In this document: in pieces, positions 1 through 8,554 of the stretch
How the letters are laid out: each line of letters begins with the position of its first letter
Position numbering within the stretch: position 1 is the stretch's first letter
Assembly (NCBI GenBank): GCA_029007115.1
Contig: JAQXHG010000009.1
Span: forward strand, 246-64,245
Direction of reading: 5' to 3'
Length of the DNA stretch: 64,000 nt
Source: a bacterium
GTDB taxonomy: Bacteria; Bacillota_I; Bacilli_A; RF39; UBA660
Program-made: the position numbers and the translations under genes
Notes under the pieces: model-generated
What the model was told of the DNA's origin: nothing
The model's database searches: none
What the model saw: the letters and a program-made list of their open reading frames with translations, nothing else

Positions 1-111
1 GAAGATATGGAAAAATCACCAAAAAGAAATTACTATTTTTATGTAATATCTATTATAATATTAATTGCATTTGGATTAATACTTAATAAGTTTATGAAAA
101 GAAAAAAATAA
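1..111 (+). CDS. 3' end of a gene cut by the window edge. It encodes a C-terminal hydrophobic anchor plus basic tail (..YYFYVISIIILIAFGLILNKFMKRKK*).
   Basis: Frame 1 is open from position 1 to TAA at 109-111. The TM helix followed by KRKK resembles the tail of a membrane or cell-wall anchored surface protein. No LPXTG-type motif is visible in the few residues present. Confidence 0.5.
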   Translation, partial: EDMEKSPKRNYYFYVISIIILIAFGLILNKFMKRKK

Positions 112-115
112 TAAT

Positions 116-144
116 AAAAATGTAGATATAGTCTACATTTTTTT
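116..144 (+). terminator. Intrinsic terminator after the partial upstream gene
   Basis: AAAAATGTAGA (116-126) pairs with TCTACATTTTT (132-142) around loop TATAG. A T-run follows. Confidence 0.6.
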
Positions 145-150
145 GTTATC

Positions 151-188
151 ATAAATAAAAAGTCAAGAAAATTAATTATTTTCTTGAC
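151..188 (-). terminator. Intrinsic terminator of the minus-strand 475-aa gene
   Basis: An 11-bp perfect stem joins GTCAAGAAAAT (162-172) and ATTTTCTTGAC (178-188). It overlaps the stop codon and is followed on the minus strand by TTTTTATTTAT. Confidence 0.6.
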
Positions 189-1603
189 ATATTATCATTG
201 GTTGTAAGATACATATTAGAATATAAATAATCAGCATAATAGTTCATAAGTTCATCTTCTTTCATATTTTCAATATTAATTCCAGAAAAACTAATATAAT
301 TTTTAATAGTATCAATGAAAGTAACTTTATCATATGAACGCAACATATCGCGATAATTAGTTAAATCATTAGGATTATTTGATCTTCTAGTAAATCTATT
401 AGTAATACCAAAATGATAAAAAGAATATAAAGCATTTTTTAATTGTTCTATTCCATATTTTTGAAGTGTAGCCATACATATATTATTTAAATTGTTTACT
501 AAAGTGTTATCAAAACTTATAGATATAAATTTATTTATTAAGACATCTAAACTAATTACATCTGCTACACCAAATTTATTTCTAACCATATCAAAAATAA
601 TATTATGCATTTCCTGAGCGCTAACATTGCTTTTAAGTCTATTTCTTAAATTTTGATTAGCAGAAGTAAAATATCCATAATCATTATTTTTTATAGCTCT
701 TAAAATAGCAAATTTAACTTGTTCAATACCATATTTATTATATGTAGCAGAAACAGCTTTTAAAAATATTTCTTTCTTCTGAGAATAATTTAACTCTTTA
801 GTATTCAAAGAAACTGCTTTTCCATTTTTTTGGAATTGACCTTTATTTAATCCAATTGCTTCACCATAAGCAGTTTTAATACTTTCGTAATATTCATTAT
901 CACTAAACAAGTATTCAAATTCTCTATTAAAGTCATCAATAGTAACACTATTTCTATGCTTATTTCTATTAATAAATGTTGCTATTCCTTTAGCCATTTC
1001 ATAATTATATGAGAATCCTTCTTCATACATTAATCCTATATTATTATAATTAGGAACAAATGGATTAGTTTGATTCAATCCTGATCTAATATATTTGTTA
1101 TTATTACAAAATTCTATAATTTTATATGCATTTTCCACATCATTTATTGGTAATCTTACAACAACATTATCATTTCTTAAATCAAGGCCTACTTTAGATG
1201 CATGTGTCATATTTAAGGAAGACATAAAATTAAATAATTCGCTAACTCCTTTATCTAAATGATCATAATCAATAGGAATATACATTTTGATATCTTTTCC
1301 TTGAACTAAATGAGCTTTGTTAGTAAATTGACAAAAATATCTCCAATGCTCAGCTCTAAAAACATTAATATTATTTCTACCTTTAAATTTATCAATCCAA
1401 CTATAAAATAAATTTTCAATCATATTTCGTTTATTATGATCATTATTCTTTATATTAAATCTACATAATAAATAATATACATCATCTGCTGTTAAAGTTG
1501 TATTATTTTCTTTGGCGATAGAAAGAATCATATTTAAAAAATCATTAATTTGATTTATTCTTGGAGAATCTAAATAAATAGATGTATTAGGTAATTCATT
1601 CAT
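176..1603 (-). CDS. Hypothetical 475-aa cytoplasmic protein of unrecognised family, with an internal C-terminal duplication
   Basis: Long ORF with an ATGAATGA overlap to the upstream small ORF. There is no signal peptide or TM segment. The KYGIEQ-containing segment occurs twice (aa ~283-340 and ~375-435). The N-terminal half carries G102-x9-D112-x-D114 and RND145NVVV strands. Confidence 0.7.
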   Translation of the reverse strand: MNELPNTSIYLDSPRINQINDFLNMILSIAKENNTTLTADDVYYLLCRFNIKNNDHNKRNMIENLFYSWIDKFKGRNNINVFRAEHWRYFCQFTNKAHLVQGKDIKMYIPIDYDHLDKGVSELFNFMSSLNMTHASKVGLDLRNDNVVVRLPINDVENAYKIIEFCNNNKYIRSGLNQTNPFVPNYNNIGLMYEEGFSYNYEMAKGIATFINRNKHRNSVTIDDFNREFEYLFSDNEYYESIKTAYGEAIGLNKGQFQKNGKAVSLNTKELNYSQKKEIFLKAVSATYNKYGIEQVKFAILRAIKNNDYGYFTSANQNLRNRLKSNVSAQEMHNIIFDMVRNKFGVADVISLDVLINKFISISFDNTLVNNLNNICMATLQKYGIEQLKNALYSFYHFGITNRFTRRSNNPNDLTNYRDMLRSYDKVTFIDTIKNYISFSGINIENMKEDELMNYYADYLYSNMYLTTNDNMSRK

Positions 1604-1787
1604 CTTTTTCCTCCAAATCTAATTCTAAATCAGTAATAGTATCTTCTAAAGCATCATTTATTTTATTTGTATCAATAACTTTAGTATCTTCTATATTATC
1701 AATATTGTGAATTGCTATTCCTGTTTTACCTTCTGAATTATCATCTTCAATAACTAATATTTTATCACCATATTTTAAAGTTTTCAT
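1596..1787 (-). CDS. Small acidic protein (63 aa), first gene of the two-gene cassette
   Basis: The internal ATG at 1787 is preceded by AAGGAG 7 nt upstream. The longer 97-aa ORF-track version lacks an SD. The acidic tail is DLELDLEEKDE. The stop overlaps the start of the 475-aa gene. Confidence 0.6.
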   Translation of the reverse strand: MKTLKYGDKILVIEDDNSEGKTGIAIHNIDNIEDTKVIDTNKINDALEDTITDLELDLEEKDE

Positions 1788-1974
1788 ACATACACTCCTT
1801 ATAATAATTATATAATACATGATAATTATTGTAAAATTATAGTGTAAAGATTTACAAATATAATAATAATTTTTATGATTATATAACAAATGATTATGTT
1901 TCTAACATATATTAATAATGAAATATTATTTTATATTATTAATATATTGATATAGTTATAGTTTACAATATACC

Positions 1975-2003
1975 TTGTTCAATTTAGTGCTTTTTGATAT
2001 AAT
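1975..2003 (+). promoter_or_regulatory. Putative sigma-A promoter of the teichoic-acid operon
   Basis: TTGTTC, 17-nt spacer, then TATAAT with an extended TG (TGATATAAT), about 40 nt upstream of the ATG at 2042. Confidence 0.5.
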
Positions 2004-2041
2004 GTAATGGCGAAAAGAAGTGAATATTCAAGGAGGAATTT

Positions 2042-3664
2042 ATGCAGCCAATAATAAAAAGAATATTTTGGAAAAGAACATATTTGTTTATAGAATATGA
2101 AAGTACAAAAGATATTAATCTTTGTTTAAATTTATTTAATAAAGATAAAAAAGGAAAAATAAAGTTATTAGAAAATAAAATATTATTAGAAACAAAAAAA
2201 TTAGATAAAAATTATTATCGTTCTAAGATAAATATAACAATAGCAGAAGGAAGAGAAATATTAAAATCTGGTGGATATATGATTTCTTCAGATGAAAAGT
2301 TATGTATTTCTAATGAAATTCTTTTAAACATTGAAGATTTATCTAGAGTTTTTAGATATGGAGGATGGTTAGAATCATATATAGTTACTTTTCATATTAC
2401 GGAAGAAGAGCCTCATCAATTGTATTTATATACAAGTTATATGATTGATAATAAGCATCCAGAGAAAAAGCATTTGTTTTCATCAATTAGACTGGCTACA
2501 GGATTCTCTCATAAATTAAAAACATTAATTGCGATTTTAGGTAAAAGATGTTTAAACATTTATTATCAAATATTGACTCATATTATTCCTAAAAATGGAA
2601 AAAGAATTTTATTTTTATCTCAAAATATGGATCATATTAGGGACAATATGACAGCAGTGTATGATAGAATCTATGAAAGAAATTTAGATAAGAAATATAA
2701 AATTAGAAAGAATTTTGTTAATATTTTTGATGGAAAAATAAGAGTATTTTATTGGATAAAATTATTGACTCAAATATCATATCAAGATTATATTTTTGTT
2801 GATGATTATGTGCCTGTATTTTCTTTTATTAATTTAAATAAAAAGACTACTTTAACACAATTATGGCATGCTGGATTTGGATTTAAGTTAGTTGGATATG
2901 GAAGATTTGGAATAGCGGGTTCCCCAAGACCTTATGAATCTTGCCATCGTCAATATACATATGGAATTATTGGAAATGATCATTTAAAAGAAATATACTC
3001 AGAAGTTTGGGGAATAGAAAAAGAAGCATTATTGGCAACTGGTATGCCAAGATTAGAGCATTTTTTAGATAAAGAATATATAAAAAAAGTTACTAAATCT
3101 TTTTATGATGAATATCCTCAATTTAAAAATAAAAAGATTATAACTTTTGCACCTACTTATAGAGGAAATAGCCAAAAAGAAGCATATTATGATTATAGTA
3201 AAATAGATTTTGATGCTTTATATAATTTTTGCAAAAAGAATGATTATATAGTTGCATTTGGAAAACACCATTTTATTTTACAAGATATACCAATAAAGAA
3301 AGAACACTCTGATTTAATTTATGATATGTCAAAATACAAACTTAATGATTTACTTTATATAACTGATATTTTAATTACTGATTATTCTTCTTGTTTTTAT
3401 GATTATTTACTATTAGAAAGACCTGTCTTATTTTATGCATATGATAAAGATATTTATTCTGCCACAAGAGGCGTTCACAGACCAATAGACAAAGTAGCAC
3501 CAGGCAAAGTATGTACCACTTTTGATCAAATCATGGAAGCGTTAGAAAATAAAGATTATGGTGAAAAAGAAAAATTTGATTTCTTAGTAGATAAATGTTT
3601 AACAAATAAAAAAATTGCTAGTGATCAAATCATTGATTATATTATTTTAAATCAAAGAGATTAG
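2042..3664 (+). CDS. CDP-glycerol/CDP-alditol glycerophosphotransferase family protein (TagF/TarL-like teichoic acid polymerase or primase) with a ~250-aa N-terminal extension
   Basis: SD AAGGAGGA. Family motifs are LWHAGFGFKLVGYG, ITFAPTYRG and ILITDYSSCFYDYLLLERPVLFYAYD. Confidence 0.85.
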   Translation: MQPIIKRIFWKRTYLFIEYESTKDINLCLNLFNKDKKGKIKLLENKILLETKKLDKNYYRSKINITIAEGREILKSGGYMISSDEKLCISNEILLNIEDLSRVFRYGGWLESYIVTFHITEEEPHQLYLYTSYMIDNKHPEKKHLFSSIRLATGFSHKLKTLIAILGKRCLNIYYQILTHIIPKNGKRILFLSQNMDHIRDNMTAVYDRIYERNLDKKYKIRKNFVNIFDGKIRVFYWIKLLTQISYQDYIFVDDYVPVFSFINLNKKTTLTQLWHAGFGFKLVGYGRFGIAGSPRPYESCHRQYTYGIIGNDHLKEIYSEVWGIEKEALLATGMPRLEHFLDKEYIKKVTKSFYDEYPQFKNKKIITFAPTYRGNSQKEAYYDYSKIDFDALYNFCKKNDYIVAFGKHHFILQDIPIKKEHSDLIYDMSKYKLNDLLYITDILITDYSSCFYDYLLLERPVLFYAYDKDIYSATRGVHRPIDKVAPGKVCTTFDQIMEALENKDYGEKEKFDFLVDKCLTNKKIASDQIIDYIILNQRD

Positions 3665-3672
3665 GAGATATT

Positions 3673-4788
3673 ATGAGTAAAATAAAGTTGTTATTATTGA
3701 AAGTTGCAATATTTGTATTAAAGTTAATTTATTCTGTTATTAAGTTATTTCCCACTAAAAATAAAATAACACTTATTAGTAGGCAATCAAATACGCCATC
3801 TATAGATTTTGATATGATATCTAAAGAGATAAAAAAGAGATATTCCAATTATGAAGTTATCGTGTTAGCTAAAACTTTGGATAATAAAATAAAATACATT
3901 TTTCATATGTTTAGACAAATGTATCATATCGCAACTTCTAAGGTTGTTATTTTAGATTCTTATTGTATTGTAATTAGTGTTTTAAAACATAAAAGTAAAC
4001 TTAAAGTTATTCAAATTTGGCATGCAGTTGGAAGCATGAAAAAGTTTGGTTATGCTATGTTAGATAAAAAAGAAGGTAGCGATTCTAAATTAGCTGAAAT
4101 TATGAGAATGCATAAAAATTATGATTATATTTTGATTTCTTCTATGAATTTTATAAAAGATTATGAAGAAGGTTTTCATTGTAATAAAAATCAAGTACTT
4201 GAAATACCTCTTCCAAGAGTAGATTTATGGTTAGATAAAAAATACATTAATAAGAAAAGAAAGGAAATATTGAAGAAAAATCCTGAATTAAAGCATAAAA
4301 AGAATATTTTATATTGTGGAACATTTAGGAAAAATACTACAAATAGTATAGAGCATATTCGAAAATTAGTAGATTGTATTGATTTTAAAAAATATAATTT
4401 AATGTATAAGCCACATCCTTTAAGTAAATTAAAAGTTGATGATAATAGAATTATTCAGAATTTTTCTAATACATATGAAGCTTTGATGGTTGCAGATTAT
4501 GTAATCTGTGATTATTCAAGTATTATTTATGAGGTAGGACTATTTAAATTACCTATTTATCTTTATGCATATGATTGGGATGAATATAAAACTCAGCGTG
4601 AGTTAAATTTTGATATTGAAAAAGAAGTTCCAACTTTATTTACTAAAGATCCTAAAAAAATTATTGATGCAATCGAAAATAATGATTTTGATTATAAAGC
4701 ATATCAAAAATTTGTTGATAAAAATATTCATGTTCCTAAAGGCGGATGCTTAAATAAGTTAATGGAATTATTAGATGAATTATTATAA
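3673..4788 (+). CDS. CDP-glycerol glycerophosphotransferase family protein (TagB/TagF-like)
   Basis: Motifs are IQIWHAVGSMKKFGY, ILYCGTFR and VICDYSSIIYEVGLFKLPIYLYAYD. There is an N-terminal membrane-association helix. Confidence 0.85.
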   Translation: MSKIKLLLLKVAIFVLKLIYSVIKLFPTKNKITLISRQSNTPSIDFDMISKEIKKRYSNYEVIVLAKTLDNKIKYIFHMFRQMYHIATSKVVILDSYCIVISVLKHKSKLKVIQIWHAVGSMKKFGYAMLDKKEGSDSKLAEIMRMHKNYDYILISSMNFIKDYEEGFHCNKNQVLEIPLPRVDLWLDKKYINKKRKEILKKNPELKHKKNILYCGTFRKNTTNSIEHIRKLVDCIDFKKYNLMYKPHPLSKLKVDDNRIIQNFSNTYEALMVADYVICDYSSIIYEVGLFKLPIYLYAYDWDEYKTQRELNFDIEKEVPTLFTKDPKKIIDAIENNDFDYKAYQKFVDKNIHVPKGGCLNKLMELLDELL

Positions 4789-4818
4789 TTTAAATAAATA
4801 AAAATAGTAATTATAAGC

Positions 4819-4848
4819 AAAAGGATTCATTATGAATTCTTTTTATAT
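4819..4848 (+). terminator. Probable intrinsic terminator or attenuator
   Basis: AAAAGGATTCAT pairs with ATGAATTCTTTT (one G-U pair), followed by TTTTATATT. Confidence 0.45.
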
Positions 4849-4913
4849 TGAAAATATTTGCAAAGATTTGAATAGTTATGTTATTATGTAGGAAAGAGAT
4901 GGTGAAATAAAAT

Positions 4914-6029
4914 ATGTCAAAAAGCAATCGCCTAAATAAAAAATTAGATTTAAATATTGTAAGTAAATATAGACAGCCTATTTATGGTTTTGCAATATTA
5001 TGGATTGTTTTTTTTCATGGAGCAGCTATTAATAATATTAATTATTCATTTGGATGTAATTCATTAAAGATATTAAGATTATTTATGATTTCTGGAAATG
5101 TAGGTGTGGACATTTTTTTGTTTTTATCTGGTATTTGTTTGTATTTTTCTTATCATAAAAATCCAAATTCATATGAATTTATTAAAAAGAGAATATTTAG
5201 AGTAGTATTGCCAGTATGGATTATAAATGGAATATATTGGTTTATAGTTAATGTGCTTATTAATAAGCAAGGAATTTTTTCATTTATTAATAGGATGTTT
5301 CTTTTTCATTTTTGGGAAACTGGTGACCAAGCAATATGGTTTGTTTCATGTATTTTAATTTTATATTTTATGTATCCTTATATTTATCAATTTTTATTTA
5401 ATAAAGAAAATAGTAATAAAGTGATTATAATTCGAGGATTATTACTATTAGTATGTACATATCTTTTTATTATTTCTTTTTCTAAAACTAATATATCTTT
5501 ATATAATACTATAGAAATCGCGCTAACTAGATTTCCAGTATTTATTTTAGGATGTATTATGGGTAAATTTGTATTTGAAGATGTTAAAATACCATCATAT
5601 TGGAAATTAATTAGTATAATTGGTACTTTATTGTTTTTCTATGTTAAATATGAAAATCTACTTAATGGATATTATCTAAGATTCTTTTATTTAATAGGTG
5701 GAGTATCTTTAACTTATTTGTTAGCTATTTTATTTTCGTTTATAGATAAATTATTTAAAAAAAGAAAATCATATTTTTTAAATATATTATCAATAATTGG
5801 AGAATTTTCTTTAGAATTATATTTAAGTCATATTACTATAAACAAAATATATTATATGTTACCATTTTATGAAAAGAGTAATTTATATAAATATTTAATA
5901 GTGGTTATATTATCTATTATATTAGCTAGTTTATCCCATAAAATATGTCAATTAATATCAAAAACTATAAATAAAAATAAAGATAATCATTATGATAAAA
6001 TAAAAAGGAAAAACATTAAAAAAGTTTAA
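4914..6029 (+). CDS. Acyltransferase family 3 integral membrane protein (polysaccharide or teichoic acid O-acyltransferase)
   Basis: About 10 predicted TM helices. The N-terminal motif IYGFAILWIVFFHG is typical of acyltransferase-3 proteins. Confidence 0.8.
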   Translation: MSKSNRLNKKLDLNIVSKYRQPIYGFAILWIVFFHGAAINNINYSFGCNSLKILRLFMISGNVGVDIFLFLSGICLYFSYHKNPNSYEFIKKRIFRVVLPVWIINGIYWFIVNVLINKQGIFSFINRMFLFHFWETGDQAIWFVSCILILYFMYPYIYQFLFNKENSNKVIIIRGLLLLVCTYLFIISFSKTNISLYNTIEIALTRFPVFILGCIMGKFVFEDVKIPSYWKLISIIGTLLFFYVKYENLLNGYYLRFFYLIGGVSLTYLLAILFSFIDKLFKKRKSYFLNILSIIGEFSLELYLSHITINKIYYMLPFYEKSNLYKYLIVVILSIILASLSHKICQLISKTINKNKDNHYDKIKRKNIKKV

Positions 6030-6116
6030 TAAATAGATTAGAATGCAGAATATAAGTCAGATGATATGATTGAAAATAGGTTATCTGTGTGATATAATTT
6101 TTTTAGAGAGGTTAAA

Positions 6117-6848
6117 ATGAAAAATAAGAGAATAGTGTTGTTAATGATGGGAGGAAAAGGGGAAAGGTTTGGTCAACAACTTCCAAAACAATTTTATAGT
6201 ATTAATGGTATGCCACTATATCTTTATATTTTACAAAAATATAATCAAATGGAAGAAATAGACTCTATTGTTATTGTTACAAATCCAAATTATTATAATG
6301 AAACAATAGAATGGAATAAATTAGTTGATAGTGATAAGGTTTCTTATGTTTTAAAGGGTGGAAATGGAAGATCAAAAGATATAAAAGATGCATTAGATGT
6401 TATTAGTACATTTGCTGACTTTGAAGATGTAATTTTAATTCATGATGCGACTCATCCATATGTAGATACAAAGGGAACTAATGAAGTAATTGAGGCAATT
6501 GAGAAATATGGTGGAGCTACTCTTGGAGGAAAACAATATGATACAGTTTACTACACAGAAAATGGTATGTTAAAAGAAGTTATAAGTAGAGATAATGTAG
6601 TATCAGGAGCATCACCAGAAGGATTTAAATTTGGAATTATTTATGATGTTTATAAAAATTCCACATTAGAAGAATTAAATAAAATGACATCAGCAGGTGC
6701 TATTGCACTTGCAAATGGAATAGAAATGGCGATTATTCCATCAAATATTTTAAATTTAAAAATTACACATCCAGATGATATGCTAATTTTAGAAAATCTT
6801 GCTAGTAATTATTATTTTAATGAACAAAAGAAAATGAAAAAACATTAA
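6117..6848 (+). CDS. IspD/TarI-family cytidylyltransferase (alditol-phosphate cytidylyltransferase)
   Basis: N-terminal VLLMMGGKGERFGQQLPKQF nucleotide-binding loop. The ~240-aa size and the teichoic-acid context fit the family. Confidence 0.8.
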   Translation: MKNKRIVLLMMGGKGERFGQQLPKQFYSINGMPLYLYILQKYNQMEEIDSIVIVTNPNYYNETIEWNKLVDSDKVSYVLKGGNGRSKDIKDALDVISTFADFEDVILIHDATHPYVDTKGTNEVIEAIEKYGGATLGGKQYDTVYYTENGMLKEVISRDNVVSGASPEGFKFGIIYDVYKNSTLEELNKMTSAGAIALANGIEMAIIPSNILNLKITHPDDMLILENLASNYYFNEQKKMKKH

Positions 6849-6871
6849 AAATGTATTAAAATAATACATTT
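6849..6871 (+). terminator. AT-rich hairpin after the cytidylyltransferase gene
   Basis: AAATGTATT pairs with AATACATTT (9 bp). The U-tail is weak. Confidence 0.4.
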
Positions 6872-7219
6872 GTTAATTTATAAATAGCGATATAATCATT
6901 CTTATGTTAATAATACTAGTACTATTGAAATAAATATAATCTAATATATAGTGAGAATCACTTAAATGAAAGCAATATGATACAGTATAATTTACATAAG
7001 ATGTGCTAAGAGAGGTGGTTATTAAATTAATATCGTTTATGATATTTATATAAAAATATAGTTTAAAATTTTTTAATTTTATAAAATTCTACTCATAACA
7101 AATAATTAATTATATTAATATTAAAAACATTTTATTTGGAGTATATATTTTTATTTTTTTCATCTAAAAAACATAGTTATTATAATAAAATCTTGTATTA
7201 TTTTTAAGGAGGATGATAT

Positions 7220-8548
7220 ATGAAAAATATTTTAGTTGATATGGTTGAAAAAAGAAAAATGGGTATACATAGTGGAATTCCATCTTTTTGTAGTGCTAAT
7301 AAAATTGTTATTGAAGCAATTATGGAACAATCAAAAAGATTTGATGATTATGTACTTATAGAAGCTACTTCTAATCAAGTAAATCAATTTGGTGGATATA
7401 TGAGTATGACACCAAAAGACTTTAAAGATTATGTATATGAAATAGCAGAAAAAATATCTTTTGATAAAGATAAAATAATATTAGGTGGAGATCATTTAGG
7501 ACCTCAACCATGGCAGGATTTAGATGAAAAAGAAGCAATGGAAAATTCCAAAAAATTAGTTCGTTTATGTGTAGAGTCTGGGTATATGAAAATTCATTTG
7601 GATACTAGTATGAAATTAGGTAGTGACCCAAAAGATGAACCTTTAGATCCAAGTGTAGTTGCTCGTCGTGGTGCGATATTGTATGAAGAATGCGAAAAGG
7701 CTTTTAAAGAATTAAAAAAGAAAAATCCTAATGCTATTCATCCAGTTTTTGTAATTGGTAGTGAAGTTCCAATACCAGGTGGTAGCCAAGAAGAGGAAGA
7801 CTCTTTAAAAGTAACTGATCCAGATGATTTTGAAAATACATTAAAGGCTTATAAAAAAGAATTTTCAAAAAAAGGGTTAGATGATGCTTGGAATTATATT
7901 ATAGCTGTTGTTGTTCAGCCTGGTGTTGAATTTGGAAATGCTGATATTCACCAATATAATCGTTTAGAATCTAAAAAATTATGTGATTGTTTAAAGAAAT
8001 ATCCTGATATTGTATTTGAGGGACATTCTACAGACTATCAGCCACCAGAAAAACTAAGAGAAATGGTTGAGGATGGAATTGCTATTATTAAAGTAGGACC
8101 TGCATTAACTTTTTCACTTCGTGAGGCATTATTTTCTCTTGCTATGATGGAAAAAGAATTAGTAAAGAAAGAAGAATGGTCTAATTTTATTGAAGTTTTA
8201 GATGAAGTAATGCTAGAAAATCCAAAGAATTGGAAAAAGCATTATCATGGTTCTGAAAAACAAATTGCATTAGCTCGTAAATATAGTTTTTCTGATAGAT
8301 GCCGTTATTATTTAACGGATCCGAAGGTAGTAAGCGCTATGCAAAAGTTATTTTCAAATTTTGATGAAGTTAATATTCCGTTACATATGCTTCATCAATA
8401 TATGCCAAATCAGTATATTAAAGTTCGTGATGGAAAACTAGAATTAAAGGCAAGAGAATTAGTTAAAGATCATATTGTTAATTTGGTAGAAGATTATAAT
8501 TATGCAGTTAAGCATAACTATATTGTAAGTGGAATTTTTGTAAGGTAG
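7220..8548 (+). CDS. GatZ/KbaZ/AgaZ-family protein (tagatose-6-phosphate kinase-like fold; tagatose-bisphosphate aldolase accessory subunit or tagatose-6-P 4-epimerase type)
   Basis: SD AAGGAGG. The N-terminus GIPSFCSANKIVIEAIMEQ...LIEATSNQVNQFGGYMSMTP is typical of the family. Confidence 0.85.
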   Translation: MKNILVDMVEKRKMGIHSGIPSFCSANKIVIEAIMEQSKRFDDYVLIEATSNQVNQFGGYMSMTPKDFKDYVYEIAEKISFDKDKIILGGDHLGPQPWQDLDEKEAMENSKKLVRLCVESGYMKIHLDTSMKLGSDPKDEPLDPSVVARRGAILYEECEKAFKELKKKNPNAIHPVFVIGSEVPIPGGSQEEEDSLKVTDPDDFENTLKAYKKEFSKKGLDDAWNYIIAVVVQPGVEFGNADIHQYNRLESKKLCDCLKKYPDIVFEGHSTDYQPPEKLREMVEDGIAIIKVGPALTFSLREALFSLAMMEKELVKKEEWSNFIEVLDEVMLENPKNWKKHYHGSEKQIALARKYSFSDRCRYYLTDPKVVSAMQKLFSNFDEVNIPLHMLHQYMPNQYIKVRDGKLELKARELVKDHIVNLVEDYNYAVKHNYIVSGIFVR

Positions 8549-8554
8549 GTATTT

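Noticed and set aside
1788-1889. N-terminal extension of the small acidic ORF (the 97-aa version in the track).
   Set aside because: The extension is Y/I-rich nonsense with no SD. A perfect AAGGAG sits 7 nt before the internal ATG at 1787.
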